This document shows positions 1-9,842 of a stretch of 64,000 nucleotides of DNA, piece after piece (positions within the stretch are counted from its first letter, which is position 1; every line of letters begins with the position of its first letter). The DNA is taken from the IMG/VR virus record IMGVR_UViG_3300020048_000016; one strand, written 5' to 3'. This stretch comes from an uncultured virus (IMG/VR IMGVR_UViG_3300020048_000016). Lineage: Duplodnaviria; Heunggongvirae; Uroviricota; Caudoviricetes. The notes below the pieces were generated by a model. That model was not told the origin of the DNA. It searched no databases and saw only the letters and a program-made list of their open reading frames with translations. The translations under genes were made by a program, and so were the position numbers.

Positions 1-2
1 AA

Positions 3-191
3 CCAGACTACGCATACGGGATATCTGATACGTTTTTCAAAGTAGGTAATGGAACTATGAACTTAGATAATCCACGCTCCGATAGATATATACCATTAAT
101 TGAGTTAAGAAACGAAGCTTGGGAAGATGGTCTTAAATTTAACATAAGTGGTGGTGACCAGCAAGTAGTGCTAAAATTAGTAAAAAGATAA
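3..191 (+). CDS. 3' end of a hypothetical protein entering from the left edge (...AWEDGLKFNISGGDQQVVLKLVKR*)
   Basis: Open frame from base 3 to TAA 189-191, which overlaps the next ATG (TAATG coupling). Confidence 0.7.
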   Translation, partial: PDYAYGISDTFFKVGNGTMNLDNPRSDRYIPLIELRNEAWEDGLKFNISGGDQQVVLKLVKR

Positions 192-577
192 TGAAACACT
201 TAAAGAAATTTAATGAAAATAAAATAAATGAATCTTTTGAAGATTTTGAAGAATATTTAAATTATGAAATAACATCAATACAAAATATAAAGCATAATGG
301 ATTTAAAGCAGAAATTGAAAAAGCTGATACAATTTATTATTTAGTTAGAATTTACAAAGATGATAGATCAATCTTTAATATAAATGAAATAAAAGCTGAT
401 ATAATGGCTATGATATCATATTTAACTCAAGAAAAAAACTATGATATAAGTTATATCTATATTTTAAAAGAAGAAAATGGTATAAATGTAAGACATCAGA
501 TAGAACTTGAAAATCTAAGAGAATTATCAGGCGATATTAAACTTTTTGCCATAGAATTTAAAGATAATAGTATATGA
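191..577 (+). CDS. Putative internal virion protein, N-terminal tag MKHLKKFNE
   Basis: Shared N-terminal motif; first of five closely coupled tagged ORFs. Confidence 0.7.
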   Translation: MKHLKKFNENKINESFEDFEEYLNYEITSIQNIKHNGFKAEIEKADTIYYLVRIYKDDRSIFNINEIKADIMAMISYLTQEKNYDISYIYILKEENGINVRHQIELENLRELSGDIKLFAIEFKDNSI

Positions 578-834
578 AACATTTAAAAAGATTTAGTTAT
601 TTGAATGAATCAAATAATGGCAACTGTAAAAGATGTATAAAACAGGGAAAGAATTCTAACTGGTCCACTTGGAGTTTTTTTAACGATGATCAGATATGCG
701 CTGAATGTGCCGAAGATGAAAAAAACGATCCTGACTATGCTGATTGTAGAGAAGCAGAAACAGAAGCAATAAGAAATGGTGATAATAATTATCACTATCT
801 ACCAAATTATGAACCTATTATTAGAAAAGTATGA
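574..834 (+). CDS. Tagged (MKHLKRFSYLNE) small Zn-finger-like protein
   Basis: N-terminal motif, CxxC...CxxC. Confidence 0.65.
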   Translation: MKHLKRFSYLNESNNGNCKRCIKQGKNSNWSTWSFFNDDQICAECAEDEKNDPDYADCREAETEAIRNGDNNYHYLPNYEPIIRKV

Positions 835-1337
835 AACACCTTATAAGATTTAATGAGATGGTAGAAATACCAAAAACTTGGAAAAAACAAGAACAAACCG
901 ATACTAGGTTCGATATAGAAGAAATATTTATTGAATTTGTACACGACACTTCAGATATAAAAGTAAATATAGATAGTTATAATTATTTAAATAAAGAAGG
1001 TGAATTTGGTGAATATGTTGTTATTAAATTTACACCAAACAAAAAGTTCGATTTTACTAGTATTGAATCTATAAAAAAAGGTAAATCATTTGATATAACA
1101 CAAGAATTTGCTGATAGATATAACCAGTTTTTAAAGTGGGCTAAATCAGAAGGATTTATAATAGTATCAAAAGTTGAAACAGCACCTTATGAGATAACCA
1201 AAAAAGATGGTAAAATAGGTAAAACAAATCCAGGTGTTAAACCAGAGATAAATAAATGTAACAAAATGGTTGGTAGAGAATGTAGAGCATTTTGGGTAAT
1301 TGGATATAAAAAAATAAATCAAGATGAAACACATTAA
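831..1337 (+). CDS. Tagged (MKHLIRFNE) hypothetical protein
   Basis: N-terminal motif, ATGA overlap with upstream gene. Confidence 0.7.
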   Translation: MKHLIRFNEMVEIPKTWKKQEQTDTRFDIEEIFIEFVHDTSDIKVNIDSYNYLNKEGEFGEYVVIKFTPNKKFDFTSIESIKKGKSFDITQEFADRYNQFLKWAKSEGFIIVSKVETAPYEITKKDGKIGKTNPGVKPEINKCNKMVGRECRAFWVIGYKKINQDETH

Positions 1338-1761
1338 AAGATTTAATGAAAACACTAACAATATACCGACTAAACAAGATATAGAAAGTATATTCTCATC
1401 CGCATTCCATAATGCTGATGAATATAGTGTTGTACCTGCATATATAGAAGCTAAAAGTTGGTATACTGGTCCAAATGGATCAGAAGTCGAAAATGTTGTC
1501 TGGACAATAGATCCGATATCATCATTAGATTCAGATAATCAACAAAATGCATTTATAATTAATCTTGGTCATAGTTTTTACAATCCTAGTTCAAACGTAT
1601 ATAATTCTAAACCAGTAGTAGAAGATTTTTACAAATATGCAGAAATGGTAGCAGATGCTAGAACTTCTTTACTCGCTTTTAAAGAAGAATATCCAAATGC
1701 TCAAATTAGATTTGATATGTCTAAGAATTCTTGGTTAATAATTCAAATTAAATTATTCTAA
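1324..1761 (+). CDS. Tagged (MKHIKRFNE) hypothetical protein
   Basis: N-terminal motif. Confidence 0.7.
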   Translation: MKHIKRFNENTNNIPTKQDIESIFSSAFHNADEYSVVPAYIEAKSWYTGPNGSEVENVVWTIDPISSLDSDNQQNAFIINLGHSFYNPSSNVYNSKPVVEDFYKYAEMVADARTSLLAFKEEYPNAQIRFDMSKNSWLIIQIKLF

Positions 1762-1762
1762 A

Positions 1763-2197
1763 ATGAAACATCTAAAAAGATTTAATGAAAATTTTAATAA
1801 CCTAATTGATAAAGAAGAAATTATTAATAAAGTTAAATTTGAATTTAATGATTTAGAAGATGCGGAAGATGAAGTAAATTATTATGTTAATTTATTAACA
1901 GATCTATATAACAATGGTGGTGAAATATACAGATTAGTATTCTTAAATAACCCAGATGATTTAAGAGAAGATGATCTAGGTAAACATTGGTTAATGGATA
2001 CCGCAGTTTTAGATAGATTTCAAGAAGGTTTATTAGGAACAGCAGAAGGTGAAACTCCTTATTTAATAATCGCTAATATAGAACCTGAACAAATAGATAT
2101 AGAAGAAAGTCTTAGTAGTTTCATTGCTCTACCATTAGAAAACGAAATTAATCTAAAATACAATCCTACTGATTATTCTCTAACAACTTGGTCTTAA
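1763..2197 (+). CDS. Tagged (MKHLKRFNE) protein, possible ADP-ribosyltransferase-like fold
   Basis: N-terminal motif; IYR...LGKHW...ENEI pattern reminiscent of ART folds. Confidence 0.55.
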   Translation: MKHLKRFNENFNNLIDKEEIINKVKFEFNDLEDAEDEVNYYVNLLTDLYNNGGEIYRLVFLNNPDDLREDDLGKHWLMDTAVLDRFQEGLLGTAEGETPYLIIANIEPEQIDIEESLSSFIALPLENEINLKYNPTDYSLTTWS

Positions 2198-2437
2198 CTA
2201 AATCCAAAATATCAAATTCATAAAGATCAAAATCAGTTTTACAATTCTTTTTATTTATTAAACCAATTGCTTTTTCTAATTGATCATGATCTATTGATAT
2301 ACCAGAACCCCTATTGTTAAGAAAGAAATCTAAATCAGTTAATATTCTTGAATTACTTGAACCGTTCCAACTAGCAGACGATTCAGAAAGTATCCGTGTA
2401 GTTGTTGGTTTAGCACTTCGCGAGGCTGGATTTACAT
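2166..2437 (-). pseudogene. ~90-codon open frame without an in-frame ATG (VNPASRSAK...LDLVKTKLLENNQ*); possibly frameshifted at the start
   Basis: Manual translation of the minus strand; ATG at 2437 is followed directly by TAA and is out of frame with the long open frame. Confidence 0.4.
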
Positions 2438-2505
2438 TAAGTTATAAAAACCAAAAAGTAATAATTTTAGATTATTTTTAGATTATTTATAAAATATTTA
2501 ACTAT

Positions 2506-2688
2506 ATGAATAAAAAAAGCGAAGAAAAAAAGAAAAGAAAATTATCATTTTCAATGAATGAGAAATTATTATCAAAATTAGATGATTTTTTAGAAAATGA
2601 AGATTTAGGCAAAAGGTCCAAATATATTGAAAAATTAATTAGAGAAGATATGGAAAAAAGAGGTAAGGACATAAGCAAAGATTTTTAA
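2506..2688 (+). CDS. Ribbon-helix-helix (CopG/Arc-like) DNA-binding protein
   Basis: KLSFSMNEKLLSKLD...RSKYIEKLIRE pattern. Confidence 0.7.
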   Translation: MNKKSEEKKKRKLSFSMNEKLLSKLDDFLENEDLGKRSKYIEKLIREDMEKRGKDISKDF

Positions 2689-3404
2689 TATCTAATCTTA
2701 TTCTTTAAACTCTCTTTTAATATATCAAAAACCCTATCGAGTTGATCATACCTTATTCTGATCAACTCGATATAATTATCCTCACAATAATCAGATTTGA
2801 TCTTATCGTTTACCTTTAAACGATTGTATGATTCTAAACCACCAAAGTATTCCATCGGTTCATAATGTTGTTTACCATCAAACTCTATAGCAGTTCTATA
2901 TTTAGGTAGATAGAAATCAAAATAAATATCACCTACTTTTTTTCTATATAAAAAGTCAATAGAATTATCAACAAGATATTCTTTTATTAGATCCTCACCA
3001 ATCAATTCACTTTCATTTATCTTATCATTTAAAATAGAATCTTCTGTTTTCCTAAACTCTGGTGATAAACCTTCTAGATGTGATTTTGCTCTTTGTTCAT
3101 AAACGACACCATTGTATATAACTTTAATATTATTTAAAGCACCTTCATACTTAGTAATAGAGTAATCATATTTATCACCCCATACTTTTTTACATTCCAA
3201 TATATATTCTTCTCTTGTTTTTTTATAAATAACTTTCTCAGGACACCTACCACTTAAGTGTTTTATAACTTTTTGATAATAAACAACACCATCAAATTTA
3301 ACTTTTATAGTATCTGATGTTTTTATTTTATCTAATAAATCTAAATATTCATATTTATATCCGTGTAAATTCCTTGCCTTTTCTAAAAATTTTAACCTCT
3401 CCAT
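2685..3404 (-). CDS. Homing-endonuclease-like protein with C-terminal Vsr/DUF559-type PD-(D/E)xK nuclease
   Basis: Two N-terminal repeats (HGYKYEY / WGDKYDYS), then FDFYLP...IEFDGKQH...LIRI. Confidence 0.75.
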   Translation of the reverse strand: MERLKFLEKARNLHGYKYEYLDLLDKIKTSDTIKVKFDGVVYYQKVIKHLSGRCPEKVIYKKTREEYILECKKVWGDKYDYSITKYEGALNNIKVIYNGVVYEQRAKSHLEGLSPEFRKTEDSILNDKINESELIGEDLIKEYLVDNSIDFLYRKKVGDIYFDFYLPKYRTAIEFDGKQHYEPMEYFGGLESYNRLKVNDKIKSDYCEDNYIELIRIRYDQLDRVFDILKESLKNKIRY

Positions 3405-3511
3405 ATATTATATATCAAAAGTTGTACCCTCTTTCGGAACTTTTTTAAAAAATAATGAAAGGGGAGAACGAAAAACTTTATATATAAAACATAAAAAAGA
3501 ATTTAGAAAAA

Positions 3512-4738
3512 ATGGCAAAAAAGGAAATTAAAAAATTTGAATTCAGTAAAGTTGGATCGATATTAGACAATATTGCAAAATCTATTCCAATTCAAATCGA
3601 AAAGGAAATTAAAGAAAAAACATTCATCACAACCGGAGTTTATTTGGTAGATGCTGCAATGTCTGGTCGATTATTAAATGGTGGTATCGCAACAAACAGA
3701 ATTAGTGTTTTCGCAGGTGAATCAGGCGCAGGTAAATCATTTATGTGTTATTCTTGTTCTAAACACGCACAACGAGCAGGTTATTCTGTAATTTATATCG
3801 ACACAGAACAAGCAATTGATTTAGAGGATTTACCTAAGTATGGAGTTGATAACTCATTAGAAAAGTTTAGATTAATCAGATCAAATAAAGTTGAAGATGT
3901 TAATATGTTATTAACACAATTAATCGATGATCTTAAAGAACAAAAAATGGCTGGTTATGAGTTACCAAAACTTATGATAGTAATTGACTCATTAGGACAA
4001 ATGGCATCAAATAAAGAAAAAGCAGATTTACTTAAAGGTGACATAAAACAAGACATGACTAAAGCAAAAGCATTAGGTTCTTTATTTAGAAGTATAAATA
4101 CTGATTTAGGATTTTTAGATATTCCACTTTTAGTTGCGAATCATACATACTTAACCATGGACATGTTTCCGAGAAGCGTCATGAAAGGTGGTAATGGTCT
4201 GTTATATAGTGCTTCTGTAATTGGAATGATGTCAAAATCACAACTTAAAACTGGCCAAGAAGATGATATGGATTTAGGATCATCTGGTATTTCGGTTCTA
4301 TTCAAAACACAGAAATCAAGATTGGCTAAGCCAAAGAAAATTAGATTTGATATTTCATTTGCACATGGTATGAACCCATATACTGGATTGGATGCTTTTT
4401 GTAGACCAGAATATTTCGAACAAATTGGTATTGCAAAAGGTAAAATGGAAGTAAATAAATCTACTGGTGAGATGACATTTACACCAGGTGGTCTTAGATG
4501 GTACATATCACACCTAAGCAAATCAGTTACAACTAAACAATTATTCACACAAGAAATTTTCACACAGGAGGTTTTAGAAAGAATGGAACCAATTATAAAC
4601 GATTATTTCAGATTTAAATCATTGGATGAAATCGAAGAAGTTGAGAACGAATTCAACAAAGTAATGGGTGAAGATGATGAAGATGATGATACAAATGGAT
4701 TTACAGATGCATCAGATGCTTCTGATTTATTTGAGTAA
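3512..4738 (+). CDS. uvsX: RecA/UvsX-like recombinase
   Basis: Walker A GESGAGKS, YIDTE, IDSLG, ANHTY, GGNGLLYSAS; acidic C-tail; phage-type. Confidence 0.9.
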   Translation: MAKKEIKKFEFSKVGSILDNIAKSIPIQIEKEIKEKTFITTGVYLVDAAMSGRLLNGGIATNRISVFAGESGAGKSFMCYSCSKHAQRAGYSVIYIDTEQAIDLEDLPKYGVDNSLEKFRLIRSNKVEDVNMLLTQLIDDLKEQKMAGYELPKLMIVIDSLGQMASNKEKADLLKGDIKQDMTKAKALGSLFRSINTDLGFLDIPLLVANHTYLTMDMFPRSVMKGGNGLLYSASVIGMMSKSQLKTGQEDDMDLGSSGISVLFKTQKSRLAKPKKIRFDISFAHGMNPYTGLDAFCRPEYFEQIGIAKGKMEVNKSTGEMTFTPGGLRWYISHLSKSVTTKQLFTQEIFTQEVLERMEPIINDYFRFKSLDEIEEVENEFNKVMGEDDEDDDTNGFTDASDASDLFE

Positions 4739-4825
4739 TAACAACTTTATTATAAAAACTAATATAATAAAAGACTAAAAATATAGTCGAAGGGTACTTA
4801 ACCCTAAAAAATAAAATAAACGAAA

Positions 4826-4996
4826 ATGCAAGAAGTTTACGAACAATTAAAAGCATTATGGGAACAGTTTGAAACTAACCATAATAAAACAACTAAGAAA
4901 TCAAATGCTGATGCTAGAAAAGCAATTGGTGAAATTAAGAAATTGGTTACACCTTATAGAGCAGCATCTGTTGAGTCTGAAAAAGTTGAAAAATAA
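4826..4996 (+). CDS. Small histone H1-like (Hc1-type) basic protein, 56 aa, missing from the ORF track
   Basis: MQEVYEQLKALWEQFETNHNKTTKKSNADARKAIGEIKKLVTPYRAASVESEKVEK resembles Bacteroidota Hc1-like proteins (ARKA...KK...YR.AS). Confidence 0.7.
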   Translation: MQEVYEQLKALWEQFETNHNKTTKKSNADARKAIGEIKKLVTPYRAASVESEKVEK

Positions 4997-5030
4997 TTAA
5001 ACTTTATAATTAACAAGGAGTATAATATAT

Positions 5031-5218
5031 GTTCCTTGTTAATAAATAAGGTGGTGGAGTTGGAAATAATTAAGCGTAAAAAGGTTGCAAGTCGAGAAAA
5101 GTTGCAGAGTCCGAAGCACAGAAATGGTTAGCCTAGGAAATAATAGCTCGATGTTTTAACCCTGCAAAAGCCTCTAATTATATCAGACCAAACCCTCTCT
5201 AATTAGAGAGGGTTTTTT
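5031..5218 (+). ncRNA. Candidate structured non-coding RNA of unknown class
   Basis: GC-enriched ORF-free interval with nested helices and a pseudoknot-type pairing, upstream promoter-like motif, downstream terminator. Confidence 0.5.
5190..5218 (+). terminator. Intrinsic terminator
   Basis: Palindrome AAACCCTCTCTAATTAGAGAGGGTTT followed by T run. Confidence 0.85.
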
Positions 5219-5230
5219 GTTTTATTAAAT

Positions 5231-5238
5231 AATATATA
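5231..5238 (+). promoter_or_regulatory. Late-type promoter AATATATA (representative of at least 14 copies)
   Basis: Motif 4 nt upstream of ATG 5243; same geometry at many genes; resembles T4 late TATAAATA. Confidence 0.65.
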
Positions 5239-5242
5239 CTAA

Positions 5243-5773
5243 ATGAAATATTTAAAACATAATAACTATTTTAACTTTGATAAATCTTTAAATGATTTAT
5301 TTGAAGGTTTTAACACACCTGTTCAAATTAAATGGATTGATAATAAAAACAAATTAATTGGTCTATTTATAGTAAATGATAAAATATATCAAATTACTTG
5401 CAAAGAAAAAAATAATGACATTTGGACATATAAGTTTTATTTATATGATAAAGATAAAAATCAGTTAGATGTAGAATTAACAAAATTTAATACTGGTTAT
5501 ATGTCTGTTTTATCAACGGTGAGAATAGGTATGGAATATCTAATAGAAAACAAAAAAGTAAAATCAATAATATTTGGCGCAACAGATAAATCAAAAGGTA
5601 GAAAATCTTTATATCAAAATTTTTCAGAAGAACTTTCCGAAAAATATAATTTTAATTTATCATCTAATGAAGTAAATGATAAAAAGATATTCATTTTATA
5701 TAAAGATATTGACAAAGAAATACTTTTTAAAACAGTTGAAGATATAATAGAAGAATTATTTAATGATATATGA
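5243..5773 (+). CDS. Hypothetical protein with variant tag (MKYLKH...)
   Basis: 176-aa ORF behind a late-type promoter. Confidence 0.65.
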   Translation: MKYLKHNNYFNFDKSLNDLFEGFNTPVQIKWIDNKNKLIGLFIVNDKIYQITCKEKNNDIWTYKFYLYDKDKNQLDVELTKFNTGYMSVLSTVRIGMEYLIENKKVKSIIFGATDKSKGRKSLYQNFSEELSEKYNFNLSSNEVNDKKIFILYKDIDKEILFKTVEDIIEELFNDI

Positions 5774-5955
5774 CTATATTTAAGTATTCAAAGGATGGCA
5801 AACTATATGCTATTCAGGTAAAAGAAGTTGATGGGGTAAATAAACACACTGCTATACCGATCGGACACGACGGTAAATCTATACAAGATTGTGATGTTAA
5901 AGAGTTCTCAATTCAAGATAATAAAAACGGTAAAAGAAATTTTGGTTTCTTATAA
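5770..5955 (+). CDS. Hypothetical protein
   Basis: ATGA overlap, 61 aa. Confidence 0.6.
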   Translation: MTIFKYSKDGKLYAIQVKEVDGVNKHTAIPIGHDGKSIQDCDVKEFSIQDNKNGKRNFGFL

Positions 5956-5968
5956 TAATATATAAATT

Positions 5969-6349
5969 ATGAGATACATTAAACTATTTGAAGAACACAC
6001 CGAGTATATATATCACGGTACCGGAAAAGGACAAGCCAGAAATATACAACGCGATGGTTATATAAAAACGAATTGGACTGGTGAGCAAGAATCATCAATT
6101 AGTTTTACAGATGATTTAGATTATGCAAAATATTACGCAAAGTCAAAGGGTGGCGATAGTAAAATGTGTATTTTAAGAACAAAACTAAATAACGATTTCA
6201 AATTATCACCTAGAATAAAAAACAATAAAGGTGATGAATACATAACTTTTAAAGAAGTATCATCTTCTAGTTTAGAAGTATTAACAAATAATGGTGAATG
6301 GAAACCATTAGATAGTTGGGATGTTATATTCGACGAACCTTTAAATTAA
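5969..6349 (+). CDS. Tagged (MRYIKLFEE) protein with ADP-ribosyltransferase-like fold
   Basis: YHGT...I..DG...SISFTDDLDYAKYYA...EY. Confidence 0.6.
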   Translation: MRYIKLFEEHTEYIYHGTGKGQARNIQRDGYIKTNWTGEQESSISFTDDLDYAKYYAKSKGGDSKMCILRTKLNNDFKLSPRIKNNKGDEYITFKEVSSSSLEVLTNNGEWKPLDSWDVIFDEPLN

Positions 6350-6374
6350 TTTTTTTATTCTAATAATTAATCCG

Positions 6375-6382
6375 TACATTTG
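6375..6382 (+). promoter_or_regulatory. Bacteroidota primary-sigma -7 element TAnnTTTG (representative; early promoter)
   Basis: TACATTTG 5 nt before ATG 6388; also at 7475, 19464, 19683, 20991, 52627, 60555. Confidence 0.7.
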
Positions 6383-6387
6383 CAACT

Positions 6388-6969
6388 ATGAAGAAGTTTA
6401 TATTTTTAGATCATGACGGAGTTATGTGTATGCGCCGTGAACAAGGCACACGTTTCACTAAGATAAAACGCTGGAATTTAGAAAATCCGGACCAAGCAGT
6501 CTATTATACAAATCAAGATCAAGGTCACGTACCAATTGCTATTCGTTTTGACGACTTTAATAAAGTAGATGCAGTAAGAGTTTTAAATGATATCTTACTT
6601 GAAAGCGATGCCGATATAATTGTAAGTTCTGATTGGCGATTTCATTGTACTTTAGAAGAAATGCAAGATTTCTATAAACAAATGGGAGTTATAAAAGTAC
6701 CAATAGGAATGACTGAATTATATTCACATACAGATGATTTTGGTAGAAAAGGATATACATTAGAAGAGCAGCGATCTATTGAGATTGATAAGTATGTTGA
6801 TTTACATAAACCGGATAAGTGGGTTGCTATTGATGATATGGATTTATCTGAGAAGTTTGGTGATATATCTGGTAATAAAATTAGCGGATTAAAAAACTTT
6901 GTTAAGTGCAAACCATCTGAAGGATTAAAGAAACTTGGAATGAAGAAGAAGATAATGATATTTTTATGA
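6388..6969 (+). CDS. HAD-family phosphatase (Swiss-Army-knife RNA repair-type HAD domain)
   Basis: IFLDHDGV...IIVSSDWR...WVAIDD. Confidence 0.8.
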   Translation: MKKFIFLDHDGVMCMRREQGTRFTKIKRWNLENPDQAVYYTNQDQGHVPIAIRFDDFNKVDAVRVLNDILLESDADIIVSSDWRFHCTLEEMQDFYKQMGVIKVPIGMTELYSHTDDFGRKGYTLEEQRSIEIDKYVDLHKPDKWVAIDDMDLSEKFGDISGNKISGLKNFVKCKPSEGLKKLGMKKKIMIFL

Positions 6970-7448
6970 CGTTAGAAGAGTTTAGAAATTGGTTTGAAAG
7001 GTTATCAAGTGAACCTGTTAGTAAGTCATCCAGAGATGAGATGGTTCGCTTTGGTCGTTTCTCACCGGAGAAGTTTTCTAAACATAATAATTTAGATGAG
7101 GTTTCTTTTATTAAAGAAGTTTCGGGTTATAAGAAGATTTTACATAATAAATTATTAACTGCAGATCGCATTAAAAAACTAAATAAGTATAAACCTGATT
7201 TAAGAGAGATTAGATATGGATCGGAATACATAAAACCTAGATTATGTATTTGTATTAAATTCTTCTTTTCTACTGGTAAATATTCAAAGTTTAGGTTCTA
7301 TGAAACCATAAAGTATCATTATATAACTTGGGAAGAAACTATAATAGTTTATAATGAGAAACGAAGTAGTGTTCATATGACCACATCGGAGTTTGATGAA
7401 CACTTTTCTGATATGAGAGAATTTTTAATTGATAAAATTTTAAGTTAA
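6966..7448 (+). CDS. Hypothetical protein ending in an RDxKI-type motif (REFLIDKILS)
   Basis: ORF; shared C-terminal peptide. Confidence 0.6.
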   Translation: MTLEEFRNWFERLSSEPVSKSSRDEMVRFGRFSPEKFSKHNNLDEVSFIKEVSGYKKILHNKLLTADRIKKLNKYKPDLREIRYGSEYIKPRLCICIKFFFSTGKYSKFRFYETIKYHYITWEETIIVYNEKRSSVHMTTSEFDEHFSDMREFLIDKILS

Positions 7449-7498
7449 AATTAGGTAGGTAGTAAATAAATAATTACATTTGTTAAAAATTAAAATAT

Positions 7499-8188
7499 AT
7501 GCTGAAAAAAGAAGACCTAGAACACGGATTTAAAGATCGAGCACACGATCTAAATGGATTATTTTATAAAACAAATAAAATATCAACCTTTATGAATAAA
7601 CTCGAAAAACAATCTATTTTAGATACCGCTAGATATGATAGTAAAAAATATCTAGGAGATGGATTTGAATTTCTAGTAGAGATTTTACTAAAAACACATT
7701 CTTATGACAATAGATTTGGTATAACAAATTATAAACCAGTTCAATCAGATGATACTGGAGTTGATGGTACAGGTTTAAATTTAGCAGGTGAAAAGTCGGT
7801 AATACAAATAAAATACAAAAGTAATACAACAACACACTTAACCGCAAATACTGATCATCTAAGTAATATGTTTTCAGCAGCACAAACAAAATATGGTATA
7901 TCATCAATAAATTCTGAAATAGAAACACTTAAAAATAACATTTCTTTAATTGGTGAAAAAAAAGTTGAAAAGAGAATTAACGAATTAGAGAAATCTAAAA
8001 AAGTTAAAAGACATTATGTCATAACGACCGCAAGTGGTCTACACAACTATACTGATAGTGAGATGTATAAAAATGAAGTAATATGCATAGGCTTTGAAGA
8101 CTTGAGAAGTTTATTAGATGATAACATCTCTTTTTGGAATTTATGTAGAGAAATTTCAAATGATATAACAATATCTAAAAAAAAATAA
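7499..8188 (+). CDS. Mrr-like PD-(D/E/Q)xK restriction endonuclease domain protein
   Basis: GDGFEFLVE...DTGVDG...IQIKY. Confidence 0.65.
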   Translation: MLKKEDLEHGFKDRAHDLNGLFYKTNKISTFMNKLEKQSILDTARYDSKKYLGDGFEFLVEILLKTHSYDNRFGITNYKPVQSDDTGVDGTGLNLAGEKSVIQIKYKSNTTTHLTANTDHLSNMFSAAQTKYGISSINSEIETLKNNISLIGEKKVEKRINELEKSKKVKRHYVITTASGLHNYTDSEMYKNEVICIGFEDLRSLLDDNISFWNLCREISNDITISKKK

Positions 8189-8217
8189 TTACATTTATAA
8201 AATCTAAAATTTAAAAT

Positions 8218-9759
8218 ATGATTAATATACTTAAAAACTTATATGATTATCAAAAAGATGCTATTGTAGCAACTGATAATATTAACAAAGGAATTGTTTG
8301 CATGCCAACAGGTACTGGTAAAACTTTTGTACAAGGTGCAGCAATAGCAAAAGAAATTTTACTCAATAAAGGTAAATTTGGTATCTATGTAATAAACGCT
8401 CCTCGAATAATGCTATCATACCAATTATTAAAGGAGGTTTATTCATTTTTAACAATTGCTGGTATAGATGCTCGATATATGTCAGTACATTCCGGTGGAT
8501 CATCAGATAAAGAAGAATTGGAAGAAATTAGAAAAGATGCTAATCTAAACGATGGACACAATATAAAATATGCGGAAATAGAAAGTGGTACTTCTACTAT
8601 TTTAATAAAAGAATTTACCGAAAAAGCAAAGTCTCAAAATTTACCACTTATATTCTTCTCTACATATAATTCTGCAGAAAGAATAAATGATGCAATACCC
8701 TTTGAAACTATAAACCTTGTAATGAATGATGAAGCTCAATATTTAGTACAAGAGCAATTTCATGACATTATAAAAATTCTAAATACAAAGAGATGCTACT
8801 TCTTCACCGCAACAACCATATCAACTCCTAGTACAACCGGTAGAGGTATGAATAATAAAAATTCATATGGTGATATAATCTATAAAATGACACCAAGAGA
8901 AGCAATTGATAAAGGTAAAATGGTTAGACCCAGAATGCATTTTGTTATAACAAATAACGATGCTAAATATACATCTAATGATTTTCAATCTAGTTTACCA
9001 AGTATTATATCAGAATCATTTATGCAACATTCATATGCAATTGGTTATTCAAAAGCAAAGATGTTAGTATCAGTTAAAGGAACTAGTGATATTAAAAGAT
9101 TCTTGGATAGTAAAGAATATAAAAAATTGATTAGAAACGGTGTAGTTGTATATGCAGTATCAAGTCATGATTCAATTGGTAATAGCATAAATGGTGATAA
9201 AGTAACAAGAGATCAATTCTTAAAAAGATTACAAAAGGATGGTGATGATAGAACAAAAGAGTTAATAATACTACACTATGATATTTTAGCAGAGGGTATT
9301 GACGTACCAGGTATAACAGGTATTCTACCACTTAGAACATTAAATAAATCTAAATTTTTACAGACATATGGTAGAGCAGCAAGACTCGATAAAGATGATA
9401 GGAAAAGATTAACAAGTGGTGAAATAAAATTAGACGAACTGGAAGAATTTAATAAACCATATGCCTGGGTAATTATACCAACTCTATTACACGAAGACTC
9501 TGATGATAAAGAACACATCAAAGGATTAATCAGCGAATTAAGAGATTATGGCTTTGATCCAAATGAGGATATAACATCAACTAATATGAAGAGTGGATTA
9601 CCAACAATTACTGGACCAGATGCATTAAATGAGTTGAGTAAAAACTCACCAAATCTTGGTAATCTAATTGAACAAATTGATGTTGATCTAGAAGATGAGA
9701 GAATTGCAAAACTTAGTAAAATTGATCTAATAAGAGAGAAGATATTAAAAAATATCTAA
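8218..9759 (+). CDS. SF2 helicase/ATPase of restriction-modification type
   Basis: YQ, MPTGTGKT, DEAQ, TAT, EGIDVP, QTYGRAAR motifs. Confidence 0.85.
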   Translation: MINILKNLYDYQKDAIVATDNINKGIVCMPTGTGKTFVQGAAIAKEILLNKGKFGIYVINAPRIMLSYQLLKEVYSFLTIAGIDARYMSVHSGGSSDKEELEEIRKDANLNDGHNIKYAEIESGTSTILIKEFTEKAKSQNLPLIFFSTYNSAERINDAIPFETINLVMNDEAQYLVQEQFHDIIKILNTKRCYFFTATTISTPSTTGRGMNNKNSYGDIIYKMTPREAIDKGKMVRPRMHFVITNNDAKYTSNDFQSSLPSIISESFMQHSYAIGYSKAKMLVSVKGTSDIKRFLDSKEYKKLIRNGVVVYAVSSHDSIGNSINGDKVTRDQFLKRLQKDGDDRTKELIILHYDILAEGIDVPGITGILPLRTLNKSKFLQTYGRAARLDKDDRKRLTSGEIKLDELEEFNKPYAWVIIPTLLHEDSDDKEHIKGLISELRDYGFDPNEDITSTNMKSGLPTITGPDALNELSKNSPNLGNLIEQIDVDLEDERIAKLSKIDLIREKILKNI

Positions 9760-9842
9760 ATTTAGAAAAATAACAATAATAATATATATAAAGATAGTAA
9801 GTACTAGATTATTTACTATCTTTATAAAAAAATATAAACCAT

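Noticed and set aside
191..2197. DNA-level repeat or mobile element explaining the five similar gene starts
   Set aside because: Codons differ between copies (CAC/CAT, TTA/CTT/CTA/ATT) and similarity stops after ~9 codons, so conservation is of the peptide
5031..5218. tmRNA or RNase P RNA identity for the structured RNA
   Set aside because: Too short, with no tRNA-like acceptor/T-arm ends or tag ORF, and only weak resemblance to the RNase P GAGGAAAGUCC core
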